From: a virus
Taxonomy: Duplodnaviria; Caudoviricetes
Virus record (IMG/VR): IMGVR_UViG_3300031228_000013
Location: 1-45,148 of that record
Length of the DNA stretch: 45,148 bases
Reading direction: 5' to 3' (one strand)
Positions within the stretch are counted from its first letter, which is position 1. Each line of letters starts with the position of its first letter. The position numbers were made by a program, and so were the translations under genes. The notes beneath the pieces are model-generated. The model was not told the DNA's origin. It did no database searches and saw only the letters and a list, made by a program, of their open reading frames with translations. Shown piece after piece: positions 27,273-36,417 of the stretch.

Positions 27273-27645
27273 CCTTTTTTATCTTTGACCCTAACAGTTC
27301 CTTTGCCTCTTTGAATGAAAGGGGCTTTTCATTCTTACTTTCTTCATCCTTATCAAAACTCAACTTCACCAGATCAAAAGGCCCGAAGTCTCCGCCGCCT
27401 GCTTTCTTAAAGTTGACTCGCATGAAAGGGACCCATAATGCCCTGGTTCGTGCCCACTCCTGCTCCTGCTTTAGTTCTTCAACACGTCCTTTTTCTTTAA
27501 GCGCCGCGATATATATCGAGCAGTCATGCCAGCTTAACTCCCAAAACTCGGAAGGCTTTATATCGAAGTTTGCGACTACGTTTTTACAAACGTCCTCTAT
27601 TCCCCAGCCCCGGTCTGGCTCGTCGCCGGGGCCTTCAGGTTTTTT
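27262..27645 (-). CDS. Tail assembly chaperone C-terminal part, reached by -1 frameshift; not in ORF track
   Basis: Open -1 frame KKPEGPGDEPDRGWGIEDV...IKPSEFWELSW...KDGK*; slippery A AAA AAC at 27645-27639 plus downstream 7-bp hairpin. Confidence 0.8.
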   Translation of the reverse strand, partial: KKPEGPGDEPDRGWGIEDVCKNVVANFDIKPSEFWELSWHDCSIYIAALKEKGRVEELKQEQEWARTRALWVPFMRVNFKKAGGGDFGPFDLVKLSFDKDEESKNEKPLSFKEAKELLGSKIKKDGK

Positions 27646-27947
27646 TCGAAGTAGCTTTTAAGGCCATCGCCCAGGATCGCCAAGGATTTTTGCAAGCCAA
27701 TATCATATACCCAATCAGCCACATCACTGGAATCGAAATCCACTTCAATCTTTTTTACCTTCGCGTAATCCAGCGCGGCACCATAGAAAATATTCAGGAT
27801 AGCAAGCTGATCACCCTGATTCATTTTTTTGAATAGTTCACCTGCCTTACATCCGTCCTCACGCTCGCCAAGGGCAATGGCCCTCGGTCCAAACTTGAAT
27901 CCTCTTTTTTTACCGTTGATCTCTACTTCCTGAATACCATCAAACAT
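27597..27947 (-). CDS. Tail assembly chaperone (start reassigned to ATG 27947)
   Basis: Between tail tube and tape measure; VEINGKKRGFKFG. Confidence 0.8.
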   Translation of the reverse strand: MFDGIQEVEINGKKRGFKFGPRAIALGEREDGCKAGELFKKMNQGDQLAILNIFYGAALDYAKVKKIEVDFDSSDVADWVYDIGLQKSLAILGDGLKSYFEKNLKAPATSQTGAGE

Positions 27948-27957
27948 AAAAGACAGA

Positions 27958-28362
27958 TTAAGTGTGTGTTCCGAGTGACCATGTTCCCCGGATGTTGATT
28001 GTTCCACTGTAGGTTACAGGGGCATTCACCGGACCGGTCCATGTGAGTTGATTGATTGCTGCACGCGCCGCCTGGATGTAATCACCACCCCCACCGGTTA
28101 CACTCATCCGGATGGCTATTTCTGTTTTGTTCTTATGCGCTGCCGCGACCTCGGGAAAACCATAAGTTGACTCCGTTTCGTGCAGACCTTCAAACGTGAT
28201 CTGTGCGGTATTACCACCTGTCAGGGAATCATACGCCCCGTCATTATCCTTGCATATCGCCGGGATTTCCTCGTTAGTAGATGAGAACTCCGAATTTGTC
28301 AGACAGCCTATTGCCACATCATTCACGTACAGCAGCAAGGCGTTACCTTTTATTTTTGTCAT
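27958..28362 (-). CDS. Major tail tube protein
   Basis: IKGNALLLYV...IGCLT...VTYSGTI siphovirus tube pattern; synteny. Confidence 0.8.
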   Translation of the reverse strand: MTKIKGNALLLYVNDVAIGCLTNSEFSSTNEEIPAICKDNDGAYDSLTGGNTAQITFEGLHETESTYGFPEVAAAHKNKTEIAIRMSVTGGGGDYIQAARAAINQLTWTGPVNAPVTYSGTINIRGTWSLGTHT

Positions 28363-28541
28363 TGCCTTCTATTATTTTTTGGTTTGAAAAACTCTGTTTT
28401 AACTTTCTTTTGTGGGGGATATTCACCCTCATATCTTTCAGCAAAGCCCTCCTGAATGATTTGCTTTGCAGTCGTGTCAAATACTTCAAGGACCGTTCCT
28501 ATAGGCCACGTTCTCCACTTTCTTAATAACCTAACTTTCAT
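28359..28541 (-). CDS. Small structural-region protein
   Basis: MKVRLLRKW...GTVLEV...AKQIIQEGFAE; coupled. Confidence 0.65.
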   Translation of the reverse strand: MKVRLLRKWRTWPIGTVLEVFDTTAKQIIQEGFAERYEGEYPPQKKVKTEFFKPKNNRRQ

Positions 28542-28941
28542 CCACCTGCGCTTCAAATGAACTTATCTTAGCGTATAGACTGTACTCTTTGTCATACGCT
28601 TCCTTTTCGTTTACGTAGCGGATGTCGTCGAACTTTACGCTATTGTGTGTTCCCCCGTTTGGTAAGGATAGGGCCGTGATCACCGCCGCGTTGATACTTA
28701 CTCCTGTGTCGTAATTCTTATCAAACGAGTACACATCGTATGAATAGTCGAAGGTTGTTGGTGCGCTGCCCTTACAATCTATCGGCGTTCTTCCGGTCTG
28801 GATCACAACGATGTAAGGCGACTTCTCAGGAAAGGGACAAACCACGGGATAGACTTTGTGCTTGTCACCAGCCGTATTCTGCCCGATCAGGTTTTTAACC
28901 CCTGTGTTGTTTTTCAATATGTGCGTGATGCCCTTAACCAT
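28531..28941 (-). CDS. Tail terminator/completion protein (DUF3168-like)
   Basis: KVYPVV...PYIVV...DVYS; synteny. Confidence 0.75.
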   Translation of the reverse strand: MVKGITHILKNNTGVKNLIGQNTAGDKHKVYPVVCPFPEKSPYIVVIQTGRTPIDCKGSAPTTFDYSYDVYSFDKNYDTGVSINAAVITALSLPNGGTHNSVKFDDIRYVNEKEAYDKEYSLYAKISSFEAQVDES

Positions 28942-29389
28942 GTCGTTTTATTGTCCTTCTCATGAACCGAAGTAGTGCCCGGCTCAAATGTTCTGATATT
29001 GAACTCTGAACCCTTCCTTTCGTCTTTATCCAGCTCGGAAGAGCAAAAGGTCTTTTCGGCATTACGCCCCTGTTCGCTCCTTTGTACTTCCGCGGTCCGG
29101 TCCCGTACTCCACCAGGTGCGCCGCGTACCCCTTGTACCTTCCGCGCCGTGGCCCTACATTGATCTCTCCGAGTGCTCCTGACCTTGCGAAAGGCGTTTT
29201 GATTACTCCGATGGAATCAATGAGGTTTCCTGTTGGCCCTTCCGGGGCGCTTAACTTCTCCGCCCGAACAAGTACCCGCGCCGCCGATGCGTGTGCGGTC
29301 TGAAGTAATCTATGATTGATTTGTAAGGGCAACCCCCGTAGAACCTTGTCCACATCATGGTGCCCAGTTAATACCATCCTCACGTCCAT
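28934..29389 (-). CDS. HK97 gp10-family tail-component protein
   Basis: APEGPTGNLIDSI...AHLVEYGT...MPKRPF. Confidence 0.85.
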   Translation of the reverse strand: MDVRMVLTGHHDVDKVLRGLPLQINHRLLQTAHASAARVLVRAEKLSAPEGPTGNLIDSIGVIKTPFARSGALGEINVGPRRGRYKGYAAHLVEYGTGPRKYKGANRGVMPKRPFALPSWIKTKGRVQSSISEHLSRALLRFMRRTIKRHG

Positions 29390-29742
29390 AGCTCATTGTT
29401 TAGCACATTGGTCATTATTACCAGGTACCCTTCACGTGAACTCATGTGCTCACTCACTCCGATGATCTGGTAGACCTGTGTTTTATAGACCAATCGGTTG
29501 TCTATGGTTATATCCTCCCGGTAATCCACTATCCATTCAATCCGCTGCCCAAACGTCACGCGCTCCGCGTCGATAATAACATCGCCTTTCAAGTCCCTGC
29601 GCCTGGCCGCTACCGTCGGATCTGTGTCGACCTCAATCCATGCGTCGATATGGTCAGCGTTGGACGCTCCGATACTGAGATCCTTTTTTATAAAGGTTAT
29701 CTCCCTATCCATTTCACCGCGTCTTATGCTGGACTGTAGCAT
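29380..29742 (-). CDS. Head closure (SPP1 gp16-like) protein
   Basis: GEMDREITF...YREDIT..NRLVYKTQVYQI. Confidence 0.8.
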   Translation of the reverse strand: MLQSSIRRGEMDREITFIKKDLSIGASNADHIDAWIEVDTDPTVAARRRDLKGDVIIDAERVTFGQRIEWIVDYREDITIDNRLVYKTQVYQIIGVSEHMSSREGYLVIMTNVLNNELWT

Positions 29743-30374
29743 ACCTCTCTCCCTTTTGCTTTAAAATGTTCCCAGGGCCATATATTTACCTCACTCTTAA
29801 AATCCATTGCTAGTTGACCTTCGTACGCCACTGTCTTGGGGAATGCTTTTATCTGAATCATGCGGTCGAACATATTGTCGTCGAGACATTTGTTTAAATC
29901 CCTGGGGTACAAATTCCCGTTCATTTCCTCCACCACATCACGTCTTATGCACTTTCCAATTCCAAGTATTGAGTAGCCGTAATTCACTTCGCGGGCTTCA
30001 TTGGTTCCGAACTTCACATACGTCACCGTGTTGATGCCGAAAAACTTCTCCTTACTTTCAAAGAACGGCTGATAGTAAACGTCTATCAGTTTTGTTTTTA
30101 TCACGTCGTCGCTATTCATCATCATCAGGTAATCCCACTTAGCCTCAAGGGCGCGACGAATGCCCTTGTTTATCTTTCCTCCCAATGGCTTGTTGTCGGC
30201 GTATGTCCAACTAAACCCGTAGGAATTACAAATAGGAATATATCCGCCCTCACTCAACACACACAAAACCCGGATTTCATGTTTGCTTTCTGTTATGAGT
30301 TTTTTTAATTCCTCAAAGCAGAACTTTGTTACTTCCGGCCTTTTCCACAACGGTATAACTATCTGTATTCTCAA
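29724..30374 (-). CDS. GT-A fold (family 2-like) glycosyltransferase
   Basis: IQIVIPLWKRPE, NKPLGGKINKG, DYLMMMNSDD. Confidence 0.75.
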   Translation of the reverse strand: MRIQIVIPLWKRPEVTKFCFEELKKLITESKHEIRVLCVLSEGGYIPICNSYGFSWTYADNKPLGGKINKGIRRALEAKWDYLMMMNSDDVIKTKLIDVYYQPFFESKEKFFGINTVTYVKFGTNEAREVNYGYSILGIGKCIRRDVVEEMNGNLYPRDLNKCLDDNMFDRMIQIKAFPKTVAYEGQLAMDFKSEVNIWPWEHFKAKGREVCYSPA

Positions 30375-30994
30375 AACTGATAAAGTTTATAAGAATGGAT
30401 CAAGTCCGTTATGTAAGAGGGTATTTTTGTAACCATCGTTCCGGCCCCGATAACGATATCACTCCTGTTCTCGTAATAGTTGCCTATCAAGAGCTTCATT
30501 CCGTGCTTAATATCTTCCGGAATTGCAGACGCTGCCGCACCGTACCCAGCTGTAAAAGCTATCTCTATTGCATCCGGTCGCCCGTGCTGCAATTCCGGAA
30601 AAGTGGCGTCATACTTTCGTACTATTCGCCCAGGATCAGTGTTTGTGACGACCCAGTAAAAGTCATTTTCTGTGAGTGTCTGCTGTGTGCCGTTTATGTC
30701 GTAATATTTAACCAGCGGACTAGCCAACACTTCCGGCGGTCCTACTGCATACGTTTCTACTTGCAGATTCCCGAAAGGAATTAACATTTCGTGTTTCCAC
30801 CGGTTGTAGTAAACCTTCCAGCTTTGAGTAATCAGAGCGCGGTTCAGATATCTTTCGATCTGTCGCCGCGCCGTGGCTACCAAAGTGCCGATGTAGGTAT
30901 CTTTCGAAGTTCCGGACACATTTAAATGTGCCTTTGCTTCATCTGTTGTAATCGGTTCTACCGCTGGCGGCGTTACTAAAACTGTTTTATGCAC
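30371..30994 (-). CDS. Head-tail connector (gp6/gp15-like adaptor)
   Basis: EPITTDEAKAHL...RALITQ...FTAGYG...IPEDIKH...YYENR. Confidence 0.9.
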   Translation of the reverse strand: MHKTVLVTPPAVEPITTDEAKAHLNVSGTSKDTYIGTLVATARRQIERYLNRALITQSWKVYYNRWKHEMLIPFGNLQVETYAVGPPEVLASPLVKYYDINGTQQTLTENDFYWVVTNTDPGRIVRKYDATFPELQHGRPDAIEIAFTAGYGAAASAIPEDIKHGMKLLIGNYYENRSDIVIGAGTMVTKIPSYITDLIHSYKLYQF

Positions 30995-31091
30995 GGGTAT
31001 GTACTTTCCTTTGTTTTGGTTTGGTCTTAGGTTTTTTAGAAGATCCCGCCTTTTCTTTTTGCGGGATCTTCGGTTTTTTCTTAACCACCAT
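30987..31091 (-). CDS. 34-aa Lys/Pro-rich micro-ORF after the capsid gene; not in ORF track
   Basis: MVVKKKPKIPQKEKAGSSKKPKTKPKQRKVHTRA; overlaps the connector start. Confidence 0.45.
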   Translation of the reverse strand: MVVKKKPKIPQKEKAGSSKKPKTKPKQRKVHTRA

Positions 31092-31097
31092 AAAACT

Positions 31098-32402
31098 TTA
31101 AGTAGTGGAAACCCTCAGGTGTTTGATCGGGTGAGTGCCCGCGTCAAGCAAGTCACCATCCCACCGCCAAAACACCACAAAACCAACCTCATCAGTATCG
31201 CCGAAGCGCTCATTCAGCCTAACCATTCTCATGGCCGCAACTTTCCGGATGATGTACTTTTTGAAGTCTCCGAAAAGGGCAATCTTTTTATTGTCATCCG
31301 CAGAGCTTTCTGCGCCGACAAAAGATGCCATATGCTGATTGATTGTGTACTTATAACCTAAGATGGTTGCCGGCGCTCCATCCCTGAAGGAAGGAAGCCA
31401 TAAAGGCCGCAAGTCAGTTGAGGAAACGGAAAGCTTTTTCGCTGCTTTCAACACATCGTCATGAAACATAAACCGTGTTCCTGGCCTGCCGCGATATCCA
31501 GGATCAACCGAATGCTCAAGATTAATGAAGTCATTCGCGCTCACTGCGCCGTCAGCTTCAGTATGCGCTCCGTTGGGAGCGGCCACAGCCACGCCTTTTG
31601 GTTTGGTCGTCCCATCGGCGGTTGTAAACGCCCTGTTCCCGCCACGAAACATCCGCTCGGAAAGCATTTCTTTAACAAGTCCAGGCATATCAAAAGCGCT
31701 GTCCTGAATCAATTCAGACGACACGCGGATAAGTCCGGACGTCCATTTGTACGCCTCAAATGCTTGGCTCGCGTCGGTTAACTTCACTGCACTTGTCTCA
31801 GCGTTTGCGGCTTCGGACAATTGATAGGATTCGTTTGCAGTATCATTAATGGTAGGCCAATCCACAGGGTTACCGGTCGTGGTATTCCATGTTCTCGCAG
31901 CCTCAAACATTCCACCGAAAGCGAGTACTGCCTTTTCAAGTTCAGCCTGAAATCCTTGCGGAATAGTATAACCCCCGGAACCATCCGTGGTTGATTGTTG
32001 CGCGGCCCGCACAATACCGAATTGTTTCAGTTCCTGGTCAATCCACGAGCTGTCATCTTTGTCGGCCTTAGCAGGTTTCATGAACTCTTTCAACTCAGGA
32101 GATACCGCCCCCGTGCTCATGAATTCACGGATCGCAATTTTCTCCAGTTCGTTTCGCTGCTCAGGTGTTCGCGCTGCTGACTTCAAGGTCTTTTCTACTT
32201 CCTTTACTTCCTCCGCCTCTTCGATTTCTTTTTTTTCGAAATCTTCAGCGGCTTTTGCTTTCGCCATGAGGGAATCAAACTCTTTGTTCCACTCATCGAA
32301 TTTTACATCTTCCTCCGGAGTGGTCGTTTCCTTTGCATACAGGTCTTTAATATCCCGGTATATTTTCTCCGCTTTTTTCTTTAGTTCTTGACTTTTTGCC
32401 AT
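31098..32402 (-). CDS. Major capsid protein, HK97 family, with N-terminal delta/scaffold domain
   Basis: Coiled-coil N-terminus; GGYTIP; VSSELIQDS; ILGYKY; FGDF. Confidence 0.95.
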   Translation of the reverse strand: MAKSQELKKKAEKIYRDIKDLYAKETTTPEEDVKFDEWNKEFDSLMAKAKAAEDFEKKEIEEAEEVKEVEKTLKSAARTPEQRNELEKIAIREFMSTGAVSPELKEFMKPAKADKDDSSWIDQELKQFGIVRAAQQSTTDGSGGYTIPQGFQAELEKAVLAFGGMFEAARTWNTTTGNPVDWPTINDTANESYQLSEAANAETSAVKLTDASQAFEAYKWTSGLIRVSSELIQDSAFDMPGLVKEMLSERMFRGGNRAFTTADGTTKPKGVAVAAPNGAHTEADGAVSANDFINLEHSVDPGYRGRPGTRFMFHDDVLKAAKKLSVSSTDLRPLWLPSFRDGAPATILGYKYTINQHMASFVGAESSADDNKKIALFGDFKKYIIRKVAAMRMVRLNERFGDTDEVGFVVFWRWDGDLLDAGTHPIKHLRVSTT

Positions 32403-32404
32403 TG

Positions 32405-33127
32405 TTAAATGAATTTTAATTCTTGTTCCATTATTACCATTCTCTTATCGAGTCTCTTTTTGTTTTTCTCCACATGTTCAACTTGCTTATCAGTTACCTT
32501 GCCCTGGACATGGTCGAGTACTTCCTGAATTGACATTTGCCGAACATCTTTCATACTTACATCTTCAGGCATGAATTGCATTAGATAACCTAGTGCGGCC
32601 TCTGTGTGGTTGGCGAGTGAGCGTCCTACAGCCTCCGGGTTGGATGGGATATTTACGATTGAAAATTCGAGCAGTTCCTGTCCTGCGAAGTGGTAAACCT
32701 CATCGATAACGTTCCCTTTTTCATCCAGCGTCTTTTTTAGTTCACCGGTGCCGCGTTCCAGGAATCCTACAGAGGTGGCGCGCAACGTTCCATTCAGAAC
32801 CTTGCGGAATATTTTTTCGGCTTGCGGATTGATGTCCTTAGTTTCAAAGATCACTTCACCTATCAGTAGGTCCTTTTCAATGAATGCGCGACCCGGGCCG
32901 AGTACGTCGTCAGGGTTGGCGGCCAGACACATATTTCCACCGTATACGTTGTGTTGATATCCGACAATAGGATTACGGTTGAAATTGTCTAACTCCCACC
33001 CCTTCATATTCAGGATACTGTCGTGGCGGTCGCGGGCTGCGGAAGAAATAATAAATTCCACCGTTCTGGTCTCTTCCGCTTTCGCCCGGTCAAACTCCCT
33101 TATATTTCCAAATGCAAATTTTTTCAT
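32405..33127 (-). CDS. Prohead maturation protease (HK97 family)
   Basis: DRH...NPIVGYQH...SVGF...ELLEFSIVNIPSNPEA. Confidence 0.92.
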   Translation of the reverse strand: MKKFAFGNIREFDRAKAEETRTVEFIISSAARDRHDSILNMKGWELDNFNRNPIVGYQHNVYGGNMCLAANPDDVLGPGRAFIEKDLLIGEVIFETKDINPQAEKIFRKVLNGTLRATSVGFLERGTGELKKTLDEKGNVIDEVYHFAGQELLEFSIVNIPSNPEAVGRSLANHTEAALGYLMQFMPEDVSMKDVRQMSIQEVLDHVQGKVTDKQVEHVEKNKKRLDKRMVIMEQELKFI

Positions 33128-34386
33128 GCTGCTTTGTCTTGTTTTGGCTCCGGCTTCTCGCCTAATTTTTCAACCGGAAGCATAGTGCTATTCATAAAGA
33201 ACTTGTTGATCTCCTCGGTACCTTCCATCGGCCATCCTTCGGCCTCGCGGGGTTCTGTCGGTCTGAGTATTCCGGTTTGCACGCCTTGATTGTAGACCTC
33301 GTACCTGGTTTTGATGTCGCCTTTGATAAGGTCGTCGAGGTTGAACTGTGACATGTACTTGCCGCGCTCACCTTCAAAGAATAGCTTACGGTCGATTTCC
33401 TGCTGGAATCTTATAGCCCACGGCACCGCTACATCCTTTGCGAATGAGCGGTCCTGAGATTCAATATTTGAGTAGTTTGCGTTGTCGAGAATACCGACTT
33501 TGTGGGGCGGCATCCGGAACCATCCACAGACTTCGGTTTGATCGAATTTTTTAGATTCAAGGAATTGCGCGTCGTTCTGTGAAACGGTGAGTTGCTGATA
33601 CTTTACCCCTTCCTCCAGGACGATCGTTTTAAATCGATTCTTTGATCCGGAATGTGCTTTGTTGAAACTTTCTTCGACGTTGGATCTTTCCTTTAGTCCA
33701 AAGTTTCCAGGTGTCATAAGCACGCCCGAGGCTTTGGCGCCATTGGCGTAGAAAGCGCCCTCCTGCTGAGTTTTTGCAATGGTGTTACCCAGGCTTTCGC
33801 GCTGAAGTGTGGCCGTGCTGAATCCGATTAATCCACTGGTCCCAAAGTTTTTCAGGTGGATCATGTCGTCGGCCATGATTATTTCAATCCTGCCTTCGTT
33901 TAGCCATTCATAATAGAGCTTACCGCGCTCGGTGAGCTTTGGGGTAACATCGTAGGCCTCCAGGATTTTTAATTCTTTCGCGTTGGCGAAGCGGTCGCGG
34001 ATGATCTTTGAGTAACCATTGCCCCAAGTTGTGGCCCAAATGAGCATAGCTTGAACCCATTCAAAGCGATTGTAGTAAGGGGACGGTTCGGCGTGAAGGA
34101 GCCAGTAATTTGGGTGTGATGTGTTTGCGCGGGTGGCCTTACCGACTTTCTCAACGACTTCAAGATCCATCGAAGCCATCGTTTCGCCGATGACTTTTAC
34201 GCATGAGAAATAAGTACTTGTGCTGAGTGCCTTCTCTTCATTTACAAGGATCTTGGCGGTGGTTTTTTGTCCATCGTCCATTGAATCCATGAAATGAGAC
34301 AGGGAAGTGGATGGATTTTCCAGCGAGGCGCGAAGCTCCGGGTAGAAATAAGAAAGGGTATGCCTTATAAACCCATTTTTGCCCAC
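33124..34386 (-). CDS. Portal protein, HK97 family
   Basis: WGNGY, DMIHLK, VLEEGVKYQ, DAQFLE, FRMPPHKVG, YSNIE. Confidence 0.95.
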   Translation of the reverse strand: MGKNGFIRHTLSYFYPELRASLENPSTSLSHFMDSMDDGQKTTAKILVNEEKALSTSTYFSCVKVIGETMASMDLEVVEKVGKATRANTSHPNYWLLHAEPSPYYNRFEWVQAMLIWATTWGNGYSKIIRDRFANAKELKILEAYDVTPKLTERGKLYYEWLNEGRIEIIMADDMIHLKNFGTSGLIGFSTATLQRESLGNTIAKTQQEGAFYANGAKASGVLMTPGNFGLKERSNVEESFNKAHSGSKNRFKTIVLEEGVKYQQLTVSQNDAQFLESKKFDQTEVCGWFRMPPHKVGILDNANYSNIESQDRSFAKDVAVPWAIRFQQEIDRKLFFEGERGKYMSQFNLDDLIKGDIKTRYEVYNQGVQTGILRPTEPREAEGWPMEGTEEINKFFMNSTMLPVEKLGEKPEPKQDKAA

Positions 34387-34441
34387 CTTGTGAATTGCTT
34401 TTCACAAAGCACAGCAGTATAACTAAGTCTTTAGTGCAACA

Positions 34442-34867
34442 TTATTGCATTATGGATAGGAGATTTTTAGCGGATTGCTCTACGGGGTGGGTTGAATCAA
34501 GTATAAATATTTCCCGATACCATTTGTTGCGGCGTTCGGTTATTCTTTGCACTATTTCTTCACAGATCAAGGTGCCGCCTTTTAACTTCTCTAGCGGCCA
34601 ACCATGGCGCCCACGCTGATGCGCCCTGATGTCGCACACTTGGGCGGGGGATTTTATCAGAACTGCCGGGCACCAGGTTATTCCCCGGGCGTGGATCATT
34701 GGCAGCATACGGGTCATTACGTGTTTGGGGTCGACCCCAAGGCCCCAGGCTAGCAGCAACATCTGTAACGGGCCTTCCTCCACGGCTTTAAAGTCGGGGT
34801 TTATTTTTTTTACCTCCTTAATGATTGTGGATTTACCGGCGCCAGGAAGTCCGAATACTTCAATCAA
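34442..34867 (-). CDS. Small P-loop kinase (NMP/sugar/APS-kinase-like)
   Basis: IEVFGLPGAGKST Walker A; RxxxR lid (RAHQRGR). Confidence 0.7.
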   Translation of the reverse strand: MIEVFGLPGAGKSTIIKEVKKINPDFKAVEEGPLQMLLLAWGLGVDPKHVMTRMLPMIHARGITWCPAVLIKSPAQVCDIRAHQRGRHGWPLEKLKGGTLICEEIVQRITERRNKWYREIFILDSTHPVEQSAKNLLSIMQ

Positions 34868-35393
34868 AGCAAAAGATTTTATATTGCCCCGAAACTGTGA
34901 CCGCCTGGAAATGTAAACGCGCTGTTGCTGACAAAAAGATGTCCTGCGCGTGAATAAGATGAGCGGATTTGAACGGTTTTTCCTCAGAATCCAGCGTAAT
35001 ACCCACTATCAGGCACTTTGAAACGCGGTTTAACTCTTTTACCGCCGCGATCATGTCTTCCCGCGAAAACCAGTTTAAAAGACGGATACACACCGCGACA
35101 TCGAAATATTTATCCCCGAACGGCAGGTTTTTGACATCCCCTGTCAATAACTCGCCCCATTTCCCTTTTTTCTCTGCTTCTTTGAGCATATCCGGGGAAA
35201 TATCCAGCCCGACTGCCTGAAATCTGGTGTAAAGCGGGAAAAATCGACCTGTCCCCACTGGACAGTCGAGCAAAACCCCGCTTTTATCCTTCAAAAACTC
35301 TTGCACAATGTCATTTTCTGCAATCCAATCTGACTGAGAAATACGTTTAGCTTCGTAAGCCTGAGCGCGTGCGCCTGTGTATGTGTACTTCAT
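34860..35393 (-). CDS. Class I SAM-dependent methyltransferase (Methyltransf_11-like)
   Basis: LLDCPVGTGR, GLDISPDML, GDVKNLPFGDKYFD. Confidence 0.88.
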   Translation of the reverse strand: MKYTYTGARAQAYEAKRISQSDWIAENDIVQEFLKDKSGVLLDCPVGTGRFFPLYTRFQAVGLDISPDMLKEAEKKGKWGELLTGDVKNLPFGDKYFDVAVCIRLLNWFSREDMIAAVKELNRVSKCLIVGITLDSEEKPFKSAHLIHAQDIFLSATARLHFQAVTVSGQYKIFCFD

Positions 35394-35986
35394 AGCTTTA
35401 TAAATTCATCCCAGGTTATGAGGTTAAGGTATTTGTGCCGATTTCTATCAAATTCTACCCATGGCATTTGTGATATCCCCCAATTTACCCGAGTCCAATC
35501 TTTATTATTACGGAATACCATACAGCCATTATCAATATTCACGGTGTGTCGATCCGTTTCATCGTAGCCGTACATCGCCGCCGCCAGCCTCCACACGTCA
35601 CCATTCCAATGCCCGCGTTCCGTTGGTCTTGGCACTATTGTATGTTCTTCTTTGAGTGGGTTGCAATCGTGCAAGACGATAAACCCGTTAGGGGATAATA
35701 CTTTCAGCGCGTTCTCGAAGTCTTTCTTTACCTGTTCGGCGGTGTGTAGGCCGTCAATAAAAATAAGATCGAATTGCTCGATGCCTAAGAACGTAGTTGA
35801 TTTGAAAAAAGAATCACTTGTACCCAACACCGTAGCGCGCGCGTTCGGGTCAGGATCGACGCTAACTTTGTGCTTGCATCTGATCTTATCAAAGTTCAAT
35901 TCCGGAACCTGAACGCCGATTTCAAGGTAGCGTTGAAGATTGTATTTTTCTGCTAAATGGTTTAGTAGGTCTGTGCGTGTCTTCAT
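35390..35986 (-). CDS. Class I SAM-dependent O-methyltransferase (Methyltransf_24-like)
   Basis: YLEIGV...FDLIFIDGLH...GFIVLHD. Confidence 0.88.
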   Translation of the reverse strand: MKTRTDLLNHLAEKYNLQRYLEIGVQVPELNFDKIRCKHKVSVDPDPNARATVLGTSDSFFKSTTFLGIEQFDLIFIDGLHTAEQVKKDFENALKVLSPNGFIVLHDCNPLKEEHTIVPRPTERGHWNGDVWRLAAAMYGYDETDRHTVNIDNGCMVFRNNKDWTRVNWGISQMPWVEFDRNRHKYLNLITWDEFIKL

Positions 35987-36417
35987 TTTCTAAAAGAATT
36001 ACATGGTGTTAATTTTACCGGATCATGTCCTAATTCAGCCAGCATTTTATTAAGATCCTCCTGCAAGTGATCGAACCGTAAAAGAAAATCAACTTCGCAG
36101 TCTAAAAAATATTCATTCGGCTTAATCATTAACCCGATATTATCGGCTCCGCGCTCAATGATTTTTTCAACAAGAAAATCTAAATCTTGCGCGTGTTTTT
36201 TATAATCTTCCGGCAGCCTCCATCCGAATGTACTCCTTATTCTATCCTCATATTTACGGGAAGTGGCGAATAATTTATAATCCGGGAAATGCTTACGATA
36301 ATACGATGCCGGATAGTGTTTGTCTCTAACTTTTAAATTCATCCCTCTTACAATACTTTGCCCTGCCGTGCGCGGGATATGACAAAAGGCTAATTTTCGT
36401 TTTTCACAAATTGGCAT
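35983..36417 (-). CDS. Sulfotransferase family 2-like protein
   Basis: FCHIPRTAGQSI PAPS-loop; R...RIRS; DFLLRFDHLQEDL. Confidence 0.7.
   Translation of the reverse strand: MPICEKRKLAFCHIPRTAGQSIVRGMNLKVRDKHYPASYYRKHFPDYKLFATSRKYEDRIRSTFGWRLPEDYKKHAQDLDFLVEKIIERGADNIGLMIKPNEYFLDCEVDFLLRFDHLQEDLNKMLAELGHDPVKLTPCNSFRK

Noticed and set aside
31098-32402. D-(S/T)-(A/I/L/V/M/T) Bacteroidota O-glycosylation sequons in capsid and tail proteins
   Set aside because: Three-residue motif expected by chance, and the host system acts on exported proteins, not cytoplasmically assembled virions
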